Part shown: positions 1 through 11,521 of the stretch, in pieces | Numbering within the stretch: the first letter of the stretch is position 1 | Layout of the letters: each line of letters begins with the position of its first letter | NCBI GenBank assembly: GCA_905178155.1 | Contig: CAJINV010000007.1 | Location: forward strand, 3,428,265-3,492,264 | Source: Amoebophrya sp. A120 | Taxonomy: Eukaryota > Protista > Dinoflagellata | Length of the DNA: 64,000 nt | Direction of reading: 5' to 3' | Made by a program: the position numbers and the translations under genes | Notes under the pieces: generated by a model | What the model saw: only the letters and a program-made list of their open reading frames with translations | Told to the model about the DNA's origin: nothing | The model's database searches: none

Positions 1-3000
1 GACTACAATAATTCCGACAAGGAAGACGATCCCTACAGTAACTGGAAGCCGGACGCGCTGGACAATTCCAACTCCTACGATACGGCACTCACCAACTGGA
101 AAAACGAACAATCTTCCGGTAGTTACTTGAACAACGATTCCTCCAATTCAGGAACAGCTACCACGTCGGACTCCTGGAATAACCAGCAAGCGACCGGCGC
201 AGGAGCTGTGACCGCGACGAGTACAACTTCTCGCCGCCAGCAGAAGGAGAAGGAGCGGGAGGAGGATGAGCGACGGGAGGTGGAAGCGGCGAAGCGACTG
301 GCGCAGGAGTTGGAGCAGACGAAGCAGAAACTGGAACAGGAGCGGCTGAAGCGGTTGGAGCTGGAAGAGAAGAAGAAGCAGGAATCGGCGCTGGAAGAGG
401 TGAAACAGCGGAAAATCCGGGAGCAAATTCGAGAGGAAACGGAACGGCTGGAAAAGAAAAAGAAGCAAATCGAGACGGAGTCCAAAGCCATGGAAGTACA
501 GAGACAGAAGGAAGCGGCGGAGTTTAGAAGGTAGTACCGTTTTGATGTTGTCTTCAAGAGCTTTTTAGGTCGTTGTTCACTTGCTTCTACAGAGGGACCA
601 CATGGTTTTTTGATGCAACACAAGATTTCGTGCCATGTGCGCTCCTGTGCAACGTTACTAGCGTGTCAGCACTTATAGTTGTTCTGGTGTGCTCGGCGCT
701 TTTTCTGTTTGTAGTTACGCTCTCGCGAGTTGTTGTTTTTTTCTCCATGCCACAATCACAATGTTCGATCATGAACCAAAAATAAAGAATCCTCCTCGCA
801 GATTGATGAATCACAATGATGAAAAATCGTATATGACCCACGACCTCGCAGGTTGCAACTGAAGCAGCGCGAAGAGTCTCAGCGGAAGGCCCGGGAGGAC
901 CGGGAACGGGAGGAGCGCGAGCTACAGCAGAAGCGACTGGAGCTAGAACAGTGGGAAACCAAGTTGAAGCAGCAGGAGGAGCAGGCAAGGCGAGCTGAGC
1001 GAGAACAGCAGGAGCATCTGCAGCGGCAACACAGTAGTACTGCTGCACCATCTCACAAACAGCTGAAAGTTCCGCTCCCGCCGCCGCCGATACTGCCGTC
1101 CTCCCCACCTCATGCCGATTTGGAGATGGCTTCGCCGCCGTCCGGGGGAGGCTACTCGAGTTATCAAAGTTCGCTCGCGGGCTCACCAGGAGCTTCGATT
1201 GATGTGGAACAGGGTCAGCAACAGCATGCTAGGGCCAGCACGCCAGGTCAGCATCATCCACCCGGAACGAAAGGACAATCCTCCTCGCAGATGGCGGGAA
1301 AAAATAACGCGATGTTAAACAAGGCTGTTGTGACCGCCCCGCCAATGATCTCGCCACCGACAATCGCCCCGCCGAGCATTCCAACGCCACAGATCCCGAC
1401 GCCGCAGAAACATTCTACTTTGGCGGGAGCGCAAAAGGACCAAACTTCTGACAAGAAGGCACCATCTTCTCGCAGTTCTCCCGTCGGGCCTGCTTCAAAT
1501 AAGATGAGCGACTCCGTTGCCTCCACTCCCGCTGCAGCGAAGACCTACGGTGACGAGGACGACGCTGATTACAATAAGAACAGTGGCTCGTGGAAGGATT
1601 ACGGGAACAACAACAAGTGGGAAGATGATGTGGACCGACGGAACTACAAAAACTCGTGGGAAAATAACTACAAGAACGACTATGGATCTTCTGGCTGGAA
1701 AGACTACGATAAGAATGAGGACAGTGGGTACAACAACAGTAGATACAAGCATTACGACGACGATGAAGTAGCCAAGAATTATGCTTGGAACAAGAAGAAG
1801 TACGAAACAAACTACGACAAATACGACGATTTTGACATCAATGAAGTGGAAAGCGACGAAGAGAGAAATGAAAAGCCAGTCCAGAAGAATTATGATTACC
1901 GCGCCGGCAAAACCAAACACCAAGAAGAACCGCCGAAGCCCGAACCTGTGCTCGATTACACCAAGCCTGTGGAGCATTTCACCGGTCCGAAGGCGAAGAA
2001 GAAGGTGAACAACCACTTCGGCGCTCTGATGGCGAGTCAGGATGATAGCATCAGCGACGACGAGGAGGGTGGATCTCTGAACAAGTCGACGAGTAGCAAG
2101 GTTTCCGTCCCGCCACCGACCGCACCGCCGCCCCCAGAATCTTCAAATCTGATGTTGAATCTCACCAATGTAGCAGTTGCTGCTGAGCCAGGTCAAGCAC
2201 AGCCGCGGTTTGCGAAGGTCCGGAACCTGAACGCGCTGGGGGATCAGGACCATGGGGACGAAAGTCCGGATGCGAAGGACTTGCAGGCCCAGCGGATGCA
2301 GCAAAACGTGTCCGCCGCGGCGTTAGCCGCCCGGGAGGCCGAGAAGAAGAAGCAGAAGAAGCTGGCGAAAAAAGAGCTGAAAGACCCTCTGGCGAAGCCG
2401 ACGGCGTTGAAAAAAGGCACCGCTGGATTAGACAACGCGCCGGCGAACTTTGGCGCCACCGGAGCGGACAGAAGGCGGTACGCCCACATTGTGGAAAGCG
2501 CCAAATACGTGCCGCCTGGTACAACAGTCAGACTCATGCTTCCTTTTCTTTTACATTTACGGCGGTAGAAGTCGCGGAGAGTGTTAGTTTCATCGTTGGA
2601 GAAATTTTAATTTTTCTTGTTCATGATATGAGTAGATTGGCGCCTCCCCTTTTGGCCTTATAGGCACATGCAAAGTCCGATAAGCACCCGCCTTTCTTTG
2701 TAGAAGTGGACTGTTTCAACTCTAAATTGAATTATTTCGTAGTACTGCAATTCCAGCAATTTTGTCTTTTTCTTTCCAGGTGCTGAGGAGTACTACGAAC
2801 AATACGAGGAGGACGCGCGGCTTCCGCCGTCTTCTCACCCGCCACCGCCGCCGGCGACCGTTGCTGGAGAGAGCAAGCCGGCGAATTTTTCATCCACCCT
2901 GAGCAACAAAGCAAAGCCAGCCCCTGTCGTCACCGCAAAGTCGTCGAAGGTAGAAGAAGTGTTTTTTCTATGAGCGGGAAATAACAACTTGCGTTGGTTT

Positions 3001-4121
3001 GATACCATAAAAATCCACCTGTTCTCTTGTGTTTCGCCACCTGTTCGATTTGTTGATTGAACGAATTTTTATACATAGTACAAAACGCACCGCGACTTTG
3101 TCCGAACATCAAGCATGCGACGTTGACAGCACGATCCACCACCTCCTGATATTCGCTACATAACACCAAACAGGTCGCCAACCCTGCCGTGTCCGCCTCG
3201 AAGACCGGCACCGCGTCCGCTTGGGGCAGCAGCCAGCAAAACCAAGCTAGGGCATCAACCGTCGGAGGCTCGGGCTCTGCCTGGGATAGCAGCATCGGAA
3301 ACAACCGCGGTCGCGCCGGCTCTACAGGAGACCTTTCGTTTGATGCGCAATTGGAGCTGGCAATGCAGCTCTCTCTGCAGGAACAGAAGCAAAGCACAAC
3401 ATCAACTTCTATGTCGCGCGGGTCGCCGGCGAAAGCGGTTCCCCCGCCCGCCATGCCGCCGGTCATGGGCGCTGCAGCTGGTAATATTAATGCCTTCCCG
3501 GCGGTGCCCTCCAAAGCCGGAGTTCCGCCGCCCGCCAAGCCGGTTCCGTCCACGAAGGCCGGAGGAGGTGCTTCTAGTGCCGGTCAGTCTACGTCAGCGG
3601 GTAGTAAAAGGAAAGCGAATGGAGCCAATGGAACAACGACGAGTGGTCCACCACCACCTCGTGCAGCTGTCAATCCTTCCTCCAAGGAACCTCCGCCGCC
3701 GCCTGCTGCCGCTCCGGCACACCAGCAGGAGCCTTCTCCAAATGCGGCAGAACAAGACGCGGAACAGCTCTTGAAGGAGTTCCTGAGAAACGACCCCTGG
3801 TATGCGGATATGGAGAAAAACCGGAAGAAATTAGACAAGAAGCTCCGGGAGATCACCAAATTAGAGGAACAAGACCTCGCGGGCGCGCACCTGCAGACGA
3901 ACCAGATGCAAAAAATCATGGAGAAGCCAGAAATTGAGCAGCAGTTGAAGAAGTGCGAGGACGAACTGCTTTCGATGGAGGCGGACATGCGGGAACAGCA
4001 GAACATCGCAAAACACTCGGAGGAGCGGGCGGAAAACCGAAACGTGCTGACCACAGCCGACAAGTCGGAAATGACCGCCAGGCAGAAAGCCCGGGCAAGG
4101 CTGAAGGCGAATCGGAAGTGA
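1..4121 (+). CDS. Large low-complexity coiled-coil/Pro-rich protein, 5' end outside the window; UIM-like motif and a C-terminal PYM/eIF2A-like helical segment
   Basis: Frame open from base 1. GT-AG introns 531-851, 2519-2779 and 2950-3173 join ORFs 127-534, 853-2568 and 3189-4121 in frame. Motifs FDAQLELAMQLSLQE (UIM-like) and KNRKKLDKKLREITKLEE...LQTNQMQKI. Confidence 0.75.
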
Positions 4122-4468
4122 TTGGATTCATCACATTCTGGTCGTGATAAATGATTTCTTGTCGTGGGCCGCCAAAGAGTTTTTGCGTAATTATACTGTA
4201 GAATAATTTAGTACAACATCTTCGACAGCGCAAGACCAAGACAAGATCTAGCTGCACCAGCCTTGCGAAGAACACTCGAAAACATCAGCAGGTTCTTTCG
4301 AGTTTGTATAAAATCGATATAATTTCATATCAATAAATCGATGTCACTACATCAATCAGAATCGCTGTCGCCGACATTATTTGGGCGGAAACTTACCTAC
4401 GGAGAACGTTGCCGCTGCACGCGCAGAGATACTTTGGATGACCGGAAACACGAGGCCGCTACTTCTCT

Positions 4469-5640
4469 TATCCCAAAGAAAAAAGCCGACAGGTCAGAAA
4501 AAAAGTAATTAAATAATAACTGTCATTGTCAACAATAAAAGCAAAACAAAACAACAAAAAAAATTGCCGCCATACCATGCGGATTAGCTTCAGGACAGAT
4601 CAGCAATCCGCGCGAATCACGGTGGGACTGTTATTGTCAACAATAAAAGCAAAACAAAACAACAAGAATAAACTGCCGCCATACCATTCGGATTAGCTTC
4701 AGGACAGATCAGCAACCCGCGCGAATCAGGGCGGGACGGCGATCGCCTGCTTTTTTTATTTTTGCGACGAATTTCGCCCATTCGCGCCATACCGTGCGGG
4801 CTGGGTTTCGTAGGGGGTTGCCGGGCTGGGTTTCGTAGGGGGTTGCCGGTTTCGCCAATCCGCACGGCACGGCGCCCGCAGTCGGTTTTGCGGCTTTTGC
4901 GGATTTCCTATGTTCGCGCCATAGCGTGCGGGCTGGCTTTCTGGCGAAGCTGCCGGCTTCGCGAATCCGCACGGCACGGCGGTCGCGGTTAGTTTTTTAA
5001 ATTTTGGCGAGTTTTTTTGTTTCGCGCCATACCGTGCGGGCTGGGCTTCGTACGGGGTTGCCGGTTTCGCCAATCCGCACGGCACGGCGTCCGCCGTCGG
5101 TTTTGCGACTTTTTGCAAATTTTTGCTGTTCGCGCCATAGCGTGCGGGCTGGCTTTCTGGCGAAGCTGCCGGCTTCGCAAATCCGCATGGCGCGGCGGCC
5201 GCGGTTAGTTTTGTGAATTTTGGCGATTTTTTTTCTTTCGCGCCCTACCGCGCGGGCTGGGCTTCGTAAGAGGTTGCCGGCTTCGCCAATCCGCACGGCA
5301 CGGCGCCCGCAGTCGGTTTTGGGACTTTTGGCGAATTTCCTTTGTTCGCGCCATACCGTGCGGGCTGGCTTTCTGGCGAAGCTGCCGGCTTCGCGAATCC
5401 GCACGGCACGGCGGCCGCAATTAATTTTGTAAATTTTGTCGGGTTTTTTCCTTTCGCGCCATACCGTGCGGGCTGGCCTTCGGGCGAAGTTGCCGGCTTC
5501 GCGCATCCGCATGGAACGGCGGCCGCAATTAGTTTTGCGAATTTTGGCGAGTTTTTTGCCTTCACGCCATACCGTGCGGGCTGGCGGTCGCAAGAGGGTG
5601 CCGGCGTCGCGAATCCGCACGGCACGGCGATCGCAATTAT
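4469..5640. repeat. Left arm: tandem ~108-bp units alternating A/B (216-bp higher-order repeat)
   Basis: Landmark CGCGCCAT or a close variant recurs near 4915, 5023, 5131, 5239, 5347, 5455 and 5563. The outermost ~108-bp unit (4521-4628) is duplicated at 4629-4737. Confidence 0.88.
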
Positions 5641-8600
5641 CGCTCCAAAATAGGAAGGCAGGAGCTTGGAAACCGTCGAAGATTTTGCCAGCTTTGCGAA
5701 TGTTCCCGAATGTCCGGAGTCGCCGGATTCAGAGGCGGCGAGGCGTCAAACCCTCGCCAAGCTTTTCAACTTTTGGGAATGCCAAAAATGCGACCCCCTC
5801 CTCTATCTGCGGAAGCTGGCATACTTCAAGCAAATTGCTCCCGCTTCTGGTAATTTTTGCCGAGTTCGTCCGCGGATACTTTCGAATATTCGGAATCGCT
5901 TCAAAATAGGCAGGCAGGAGTTTGGAAACTGTCGAAGGTTTTGCCAGCTTTTCGAATATTCCCGAATATTCGGAATCGCCGGAATCAGAGGCGGCGAGAC
6001 TTCAAATCCTTGCCAAGTTTTTCAACAATTGGGAATGCCAAAAATGCGACCCCCGCCTCTATCTGCGGAAACTGACATACTCAAAATAAATTACTTCCTC
6101 TTCTGGAAATTTTTGCCGAGTTCGTCCGCGGATACTTTCGAATATTCGGAATCGCTTCAAAATAGGCAGGCAGGAGTTTGGAAACTGTCGAAGGTTTTGC
6201 CAGCTTTTCGAATATTCCCGAATATTCGGAATCGCCGGAATCAGAGGCGGCGAGACTTCAAATCCTTGCCAAGTTTTTCAACAATTGGGAATGCCAAAAA
6301 TGCGACCCCCGCCTCTATCTGCGGAAACTGACATACTCAAAATAAATTACTTCCTCTTCTGGAAATTTTTGCCGAGTTCGTCCGCGGATACTTTCGAATA
6401 TTCGGAATCGCTTCAAAATAGGCAGGCAGGAGTTTGGAAACTGTCGAAGGTTTTGCCAGCTTTTCGAATATTCCCGAATATTCGGAATCGCCGGAATCAG
6501 AGGCGGCGAGACTTCAAATCCTTGCCAAGTTTTTCAACAATTGGGAACGCCAAAAATGCGACCCCCGCCTCTATCTGCGGAAACTGACATACTCAAAATA
6601 AATTACTTCCTCTTCTGGAAATTTTTGCCGAGTTCGTCCGCGGATACTTTCGAATATTCGGAATCGCTTCAAAATAGGCAGGCAGGAGTTTGGAAACTGT
6701 CGAAGGTTTTGCCAGCTTTTCGAATATTCCCGAATATTCGGAATCGCCGGAATCAGAGGCGGCGAGACTTCAAATCCTTGCCAAGTTTTTCAACAATTGG
6801 GAATGCCAAAAATGCGACCCCCGCCTCTATCTGCGGAAACTGACATACTCAAAATAAATTACTTCCTCTTCTGGAAATTTTTGCCGAGTTCGTCCGCGGA
6901 TACTTTCGAATATTCGGAATCGCTTCAAAATAGGCAGGCAGGAGTTTGGAAACTGTCGAAGGTTTTGCCAGCTTTTCGAATATTCCCGAATATTCGGAAT
7001 CGCCGGAATCAGAGGCGGCGAGACTTCAAATCCTTGCCAAGTTTTTCAACAATTGGGAACGCCAAAAATGCGACCCCCGCCTCTATCTGCGGAAACTGAC
7101 ATACTCAAAATAAATTACTTCCTCTTCTGGAAATTTTTGCCGAGTTCGTCCGCGGATACTTTCGAATATTCGGAATCGCTTCAAAATAGGCAGGCAGGAG
7201 TTTGGAAACTGTCGAAGGTTTTGCCAGCTTTTCGAATATTCCCGAATATTCGGAATCGCCGGAATCAGAGGCGGCGAGACTTCAAATCCTTGCCAAGTTT
7301 TTCAACAATTGGGAACGCCAAAAATGCGACCCCCGCCTCTATCTGCGGAAACTGACATACTCAAAATAAATTACTTCCTCTTCTGGAAATTTTTGCCGAG
7401 TTCGTCCGCGGATACTTTCGAATATTCGGAATCGCTTCAAAATAGGCAGGCAGGAGTTTGGAAACTGTCGAAGGTTTTGCCAGCTTTTCGAATATTCCCG
7501 AATATTCGGAATCGCCGGAATCAGAGGCGGCGAGACTTCAAATCCTTGCCAAGTTTTTCAACAATTGGGAACGCCAAAAATGCGACCCCCGCCTCTATCT
7601 GCGGAAACTGACATACTCAAAATAAATTACTTCCTCTTCTGGAAATTTTTGCCGAGTTCGTCCGCGGATACTTTCGAATATTCGGAATCGCTTCAAAATA
7701 GGCAGGCAGGAGTTTGGAAACTGTCGAAGGTTTTGCCAGCTTTTCGAATATTCCCGAATATTCGGAATCGCCGGAATCAGAGGCGGCGAGACTTCAAATC
7801 CTTGCCAAGTTTTTCAACAATTGGGAACGCCAAAAATGCGACCCCCGCCTCTATCTGCGGAAACTGACATACTCAAAATAAATTACTTCCTCTTCTGGAA
7901 ATTTTTGCCGAGTTCGTCCGCGGATACTTTCGAATATTCGGAATCGCTTCAAAATAGGCAGGCAGGAGTTTGGAAACTGTCGAAGGTTTTGCCAGCTTTT
8001 CGAATATTCCCGAATATTCGGAATCGCCGGAATCAGAGGCGGCGAGACTTCAAATCCTTGCCAAGTTTTTCAACAATTGGGAGCGCCAAAAATGCGACCC
8101 CCGCCTCTATCTGCGGAAACTGACATACTCAAAGTAAATTACTTCCTCTTCTGGAAATTTTTGCCGAGTTCGTCCGCGGATGCTTTCGAATATTCGGAAT
8201 CGCTTCAAAATAGGCAGGCAGGAGTTTGGAAACTGTCGAAGGTTTTGCCAGCTTTTCGAATATTCCCGAATATTCGGAATCGCCGGAATCAGAGGCGGCG
8301 AGACTTCAAATCCTTGCCAAGTTTTTCAACAATTGGGAGCGCCAAAAATGCGACCCCCGCCTCTATCTGCGGAAACTGACATACTCAAAGTAAATTACTT
8401 CCTCTTCTGGAAATTTTTGCCGAGTTCGTCCGCGGATGCTTTCGAATATTCGGAATCGCTTCAAAATAGGCAGGCAGGAGTTTGGAAACTGTCGAAGGTT
8501 TTGCCAGCTTTTCGAATGTTCTCGAATATTCGGAATCGCCGGAATCAGAGGCGGCGAGGCTTCAAATCCTTGCCAAGTTTTTCAACAATTGGGAGTGCCA

Positions 8601-9045
8601 AAAATGCGACCCCCGCCTCTATCTGCGGAAACTGACATACTTAAAATAAATTACTTCCTCTTCTGGAAATTTTTGCCGAGTTCGTCCGCGGATACTTTCG
8701 AGTATTCGGAATCGCATCAAAATAGGCAGGCAGGAGTTTGGGAAGTGCCGAAGGTTTTGCCAGCTTTTCGAATATTCCGAATATTCTCGAATATTCGGAA
8801 TCGCCGGAATCAGAGGCGGCGAGAATAGAAATCCTTGCCAGGTTTTTCAACGCTTGGGAATGCCAAAAGTGCGGCCCCCATCTCTATCTGCGGAAGCTGA
8901 CATACTTAAAATTAATATATTGCTTCGCCCTCTGGAAGTTTTGCCGAGTTCGTCCGCGGATACTTCCGAATATTCGGAATCGCCCGAATCAGAGGCGGCG
9001 AGGCTTCAAATCCTTGCCAAGTTTTTCAACGCTTGGGAATGCCAG
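5641..9045. repeat. 256-bp tandem satellite, 13 units plus a partial unit
   Basis: CAAAATAGG landmark at 5646, 5902, 6158 ... 8462, 8718 (exact 256 spacing). Central units are nearly identical; terminal units are diverged. Confidence 0.97.
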
Positions 9046-9047
9046 AG

Positions 9048-10109
9048 ATGGTATGGCGCGAAAAAAAAAACCCGCCAAAATTTACAAAACTAATTTCGGC
9101 CGCCGTGCCGCGCGGATTCGCGAAGCCGGCAGCTTCACCAGAAAGCCAGCCCACACGCTATGGCGCGAACAAAGAAAATCCGCCAAAAGTCGCAAAACCG
9201 ACTGCGGGCGCCGTGCCGTGCGGATTGACGAAGCCGGCAACCTCTTACGAAGCCCATGGCGCGAAAGGAAAAAACCCGCCAAAATTTACAAAACTAATTG
9301 CGGCCGCCGCGCCGTGCGGATTTGCGAAGCCGGCAGCTTCGCCAGAAAGCCAGCCCGCGCGGTATGGCGCGAGCAAAGGAAATTCGCCAAAAGTCGCAAA
9401 ACCGACTGCGGGCGCCGTGCCGTGCGGATTGGCGAGGCCGGCAACCTCTTACGAACCTGCACGGTAAAGCGCAAATGGGAAAACTCGCGGAAATTTACAA
9501 AAATAATTGCGGCCGCCGTGCCGTGCGGATTCGCGAAGCCGGCAGCGTCGCCAGAAAGCCAGCCCGCACGGTATGGCGCGAACATAGAAAATTCGCCAAA
9601 AGTCGCGAAACCACTTGCGGGCGCCTTGCCATGCGGTTTGGCGAATTCGGCAAACTCTTACGAAGCCCAGCCCGCACGGTATGACGCGGAACAAAAAAGC
9701 TCGCCAAAATTTGCAAAACTAATTGCGACAGCCGTGCCGTGCGGATTCGCGAAGCCGGCAGCTTCACCAGAAAGCCAGCCCGCACGCCATGGCGCGAACG
9801 TAAAAAATTTGCAAAAAATGGCGAGACCGACTGCGGGCGCCGTGCCGTGCGGATTGGCGAAACCGGCAACCCCTTACGAACCCCAGCCCGCACGGCATGG
9901 CGCGAATAAGCGAAATTCGCCACAGAAATGATTTAGGCGGGCGATCACCGTCCCACCGTGATTCGCGCGGATTGCTGATCTATCCTGAAGCTAATCCGCA
10001 TGGTATGGCGGCAATTTTTTTTGTGGTTTTTTTTTGCTTTTATTGTTGACAATAACAGTTATTATTTAATTATTTTTTTTCTGACCTGTCGGCTTTTTTC
10101 TTTGGGATA
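9048..10109. repeat. Right arm: ~108-bp units in inverted orientation relative to the left arm
   Basis: ATGGCGCG-type landmark near 9053, 9160, 9256, 9364, 9573, 9682, 9789 and 9897; these units are reverse complements of the left-arm units. Confidence 0.88.
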
Positions 10110-11521
10110 TCTCTTAGTTTGTACAAGAGCCACAACGTCGAAAGTCGACTTCGCCATGAGCGTCGTCACTTAAACACATCGACATCCACATGCATTCCTA
10201 TTCGTAGTCCCTGCTGCTTGCGGCACAAACGTAATATTCTTTCACCGCAGGATGAGGGGAAGACGAAACATTACCAATCGGTTTTCATTTTCAAAAAACG
10301 AGGACCTGCTCGAGAGGAACTCCTTGCTGGTACTCTTTATTGAGTAGCGCACCGAGTTTGTTTCGTATACTACAATCTTTCACACGGTACAATCCAATAT
10401 GCATTTTTCAAATCTTCAATTAAAGTTTGCAAGCTGGCGAGTTGTAGACAGCATATTTACTGTTAGCAACATTATAGCAATGTACAACAACTTGGACGGT
10501 ACCAGAGTTGATGGTGGAGACGTAAAAACGGACGAGACAGCCCCGAACACATGAAATGTGTGGTTTTGGCGAGACCGAGAGCTTGATGTTGAGGCAGTAG
10601 TAGAGCAAATTTTGACCATTACTCAGCGTCAGCGTACATCACGACTACAAAGTACAACAGCAAGTACACTACGTTTTCTTTTGTTGCATGTTTTGCATGT
10701 GCAGCTTTCGCCATTGTGGCTTTCGAAGATCATGAGCTTGCTGCAGGACGACACGATGAAGATTTTGCCGTGTGCTTGATTCCACACAGTTAGCTAAATG
10801 ACATAACCCAGAGCTGCAGGCATTTTGCTATTGGATTTGAGCAGGAGCACCCGCATTGTTTTCGAACAATTTTCACGTATTCGAAATGAGATTGACCTCG
10901 AGGATTGATGGCCTACGCCTATCGTAAAGGGAAACAATACGTAAGTTGTACTAGATTTCATGGTTGTATATCACACGCATATGAATATCATCACGAAGCA
11001 TTCAAGAAAAAAGGCAAGCATGGGAAGCGAAAGGCAGAAGCCGCAAGAAATTGTTCGTTGTATCAGTGGCGGCAAGAAAACGAATCTGTCACTGAAGACA
11101 CCGCCAGCGCCGCTATTTTGCTTTGCTAGTTTCGAAAATTGAGGATCTCTTCGTGGTTTTTCTCTATGGCGCTAATGCGAAGGCGAAGCGGCAAAAATCT
11201 TCAAAGGGGGTGTATGACCATTGCAAAACGATCATCATTTTTACTGCAGGCTTTGATGGTGCTCCTGTCTTTTATTCACTCGTTTTGGGTTTAGAATGAG
11301 ATGGAGATGGACGTTTTAATGCAGTGGCATCAAATTCAAAAAGCGTGTGCTGTCCTTCTTCTTGTCTACGTAGTGGTAGTTCAACGAGAGCAAGTTCCAT
11401 TTCGTCCCCTCCACTTCGTGCCTGCGTACTAGGTAGTTGTGAATTACCATTTTTGGAAGCGAGTTGTGTGCTAGCAGTAGCACCGCCATATTAATCGACC
11501 ATCTCCACCACGACCAAAAGG

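Larger units (their letters stand above)
4469..10109. mobile_element. 5.6-kb non-autonomous foldback-type element with long terminal inverted repeats and 5-bp TSD (TCTCT)
   Basis: Left end TATCCCAAAGAAAAAAGCCGACAGGTCAG (4469) is the reverse complement of right end CTGACCTGTCGGCTTTTTTCTTTGGGATA (10109). TCTCT lies at 4464-4468 and 10110-10114. The arms stay inverted for about 1.1 kb. No transposase ORF. Confidence 0.92.

Noticed and set aside
5641-9045. CRISPR-like or rDNA/snRNA array interpretation
   Set aside because: Units are fully repeated with no unique spacers, the context is eukaryotic, and no recognisable structural RNA motif was seen.
4617-9931. Many ORFs in the arms and satellite, including repeated 100-aa ORFs and a 397-aa ORF
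   Set aside because: By-products of 108-bp and 256-bp periodicity; open in several frames on both strands; no transposase or other motifs.
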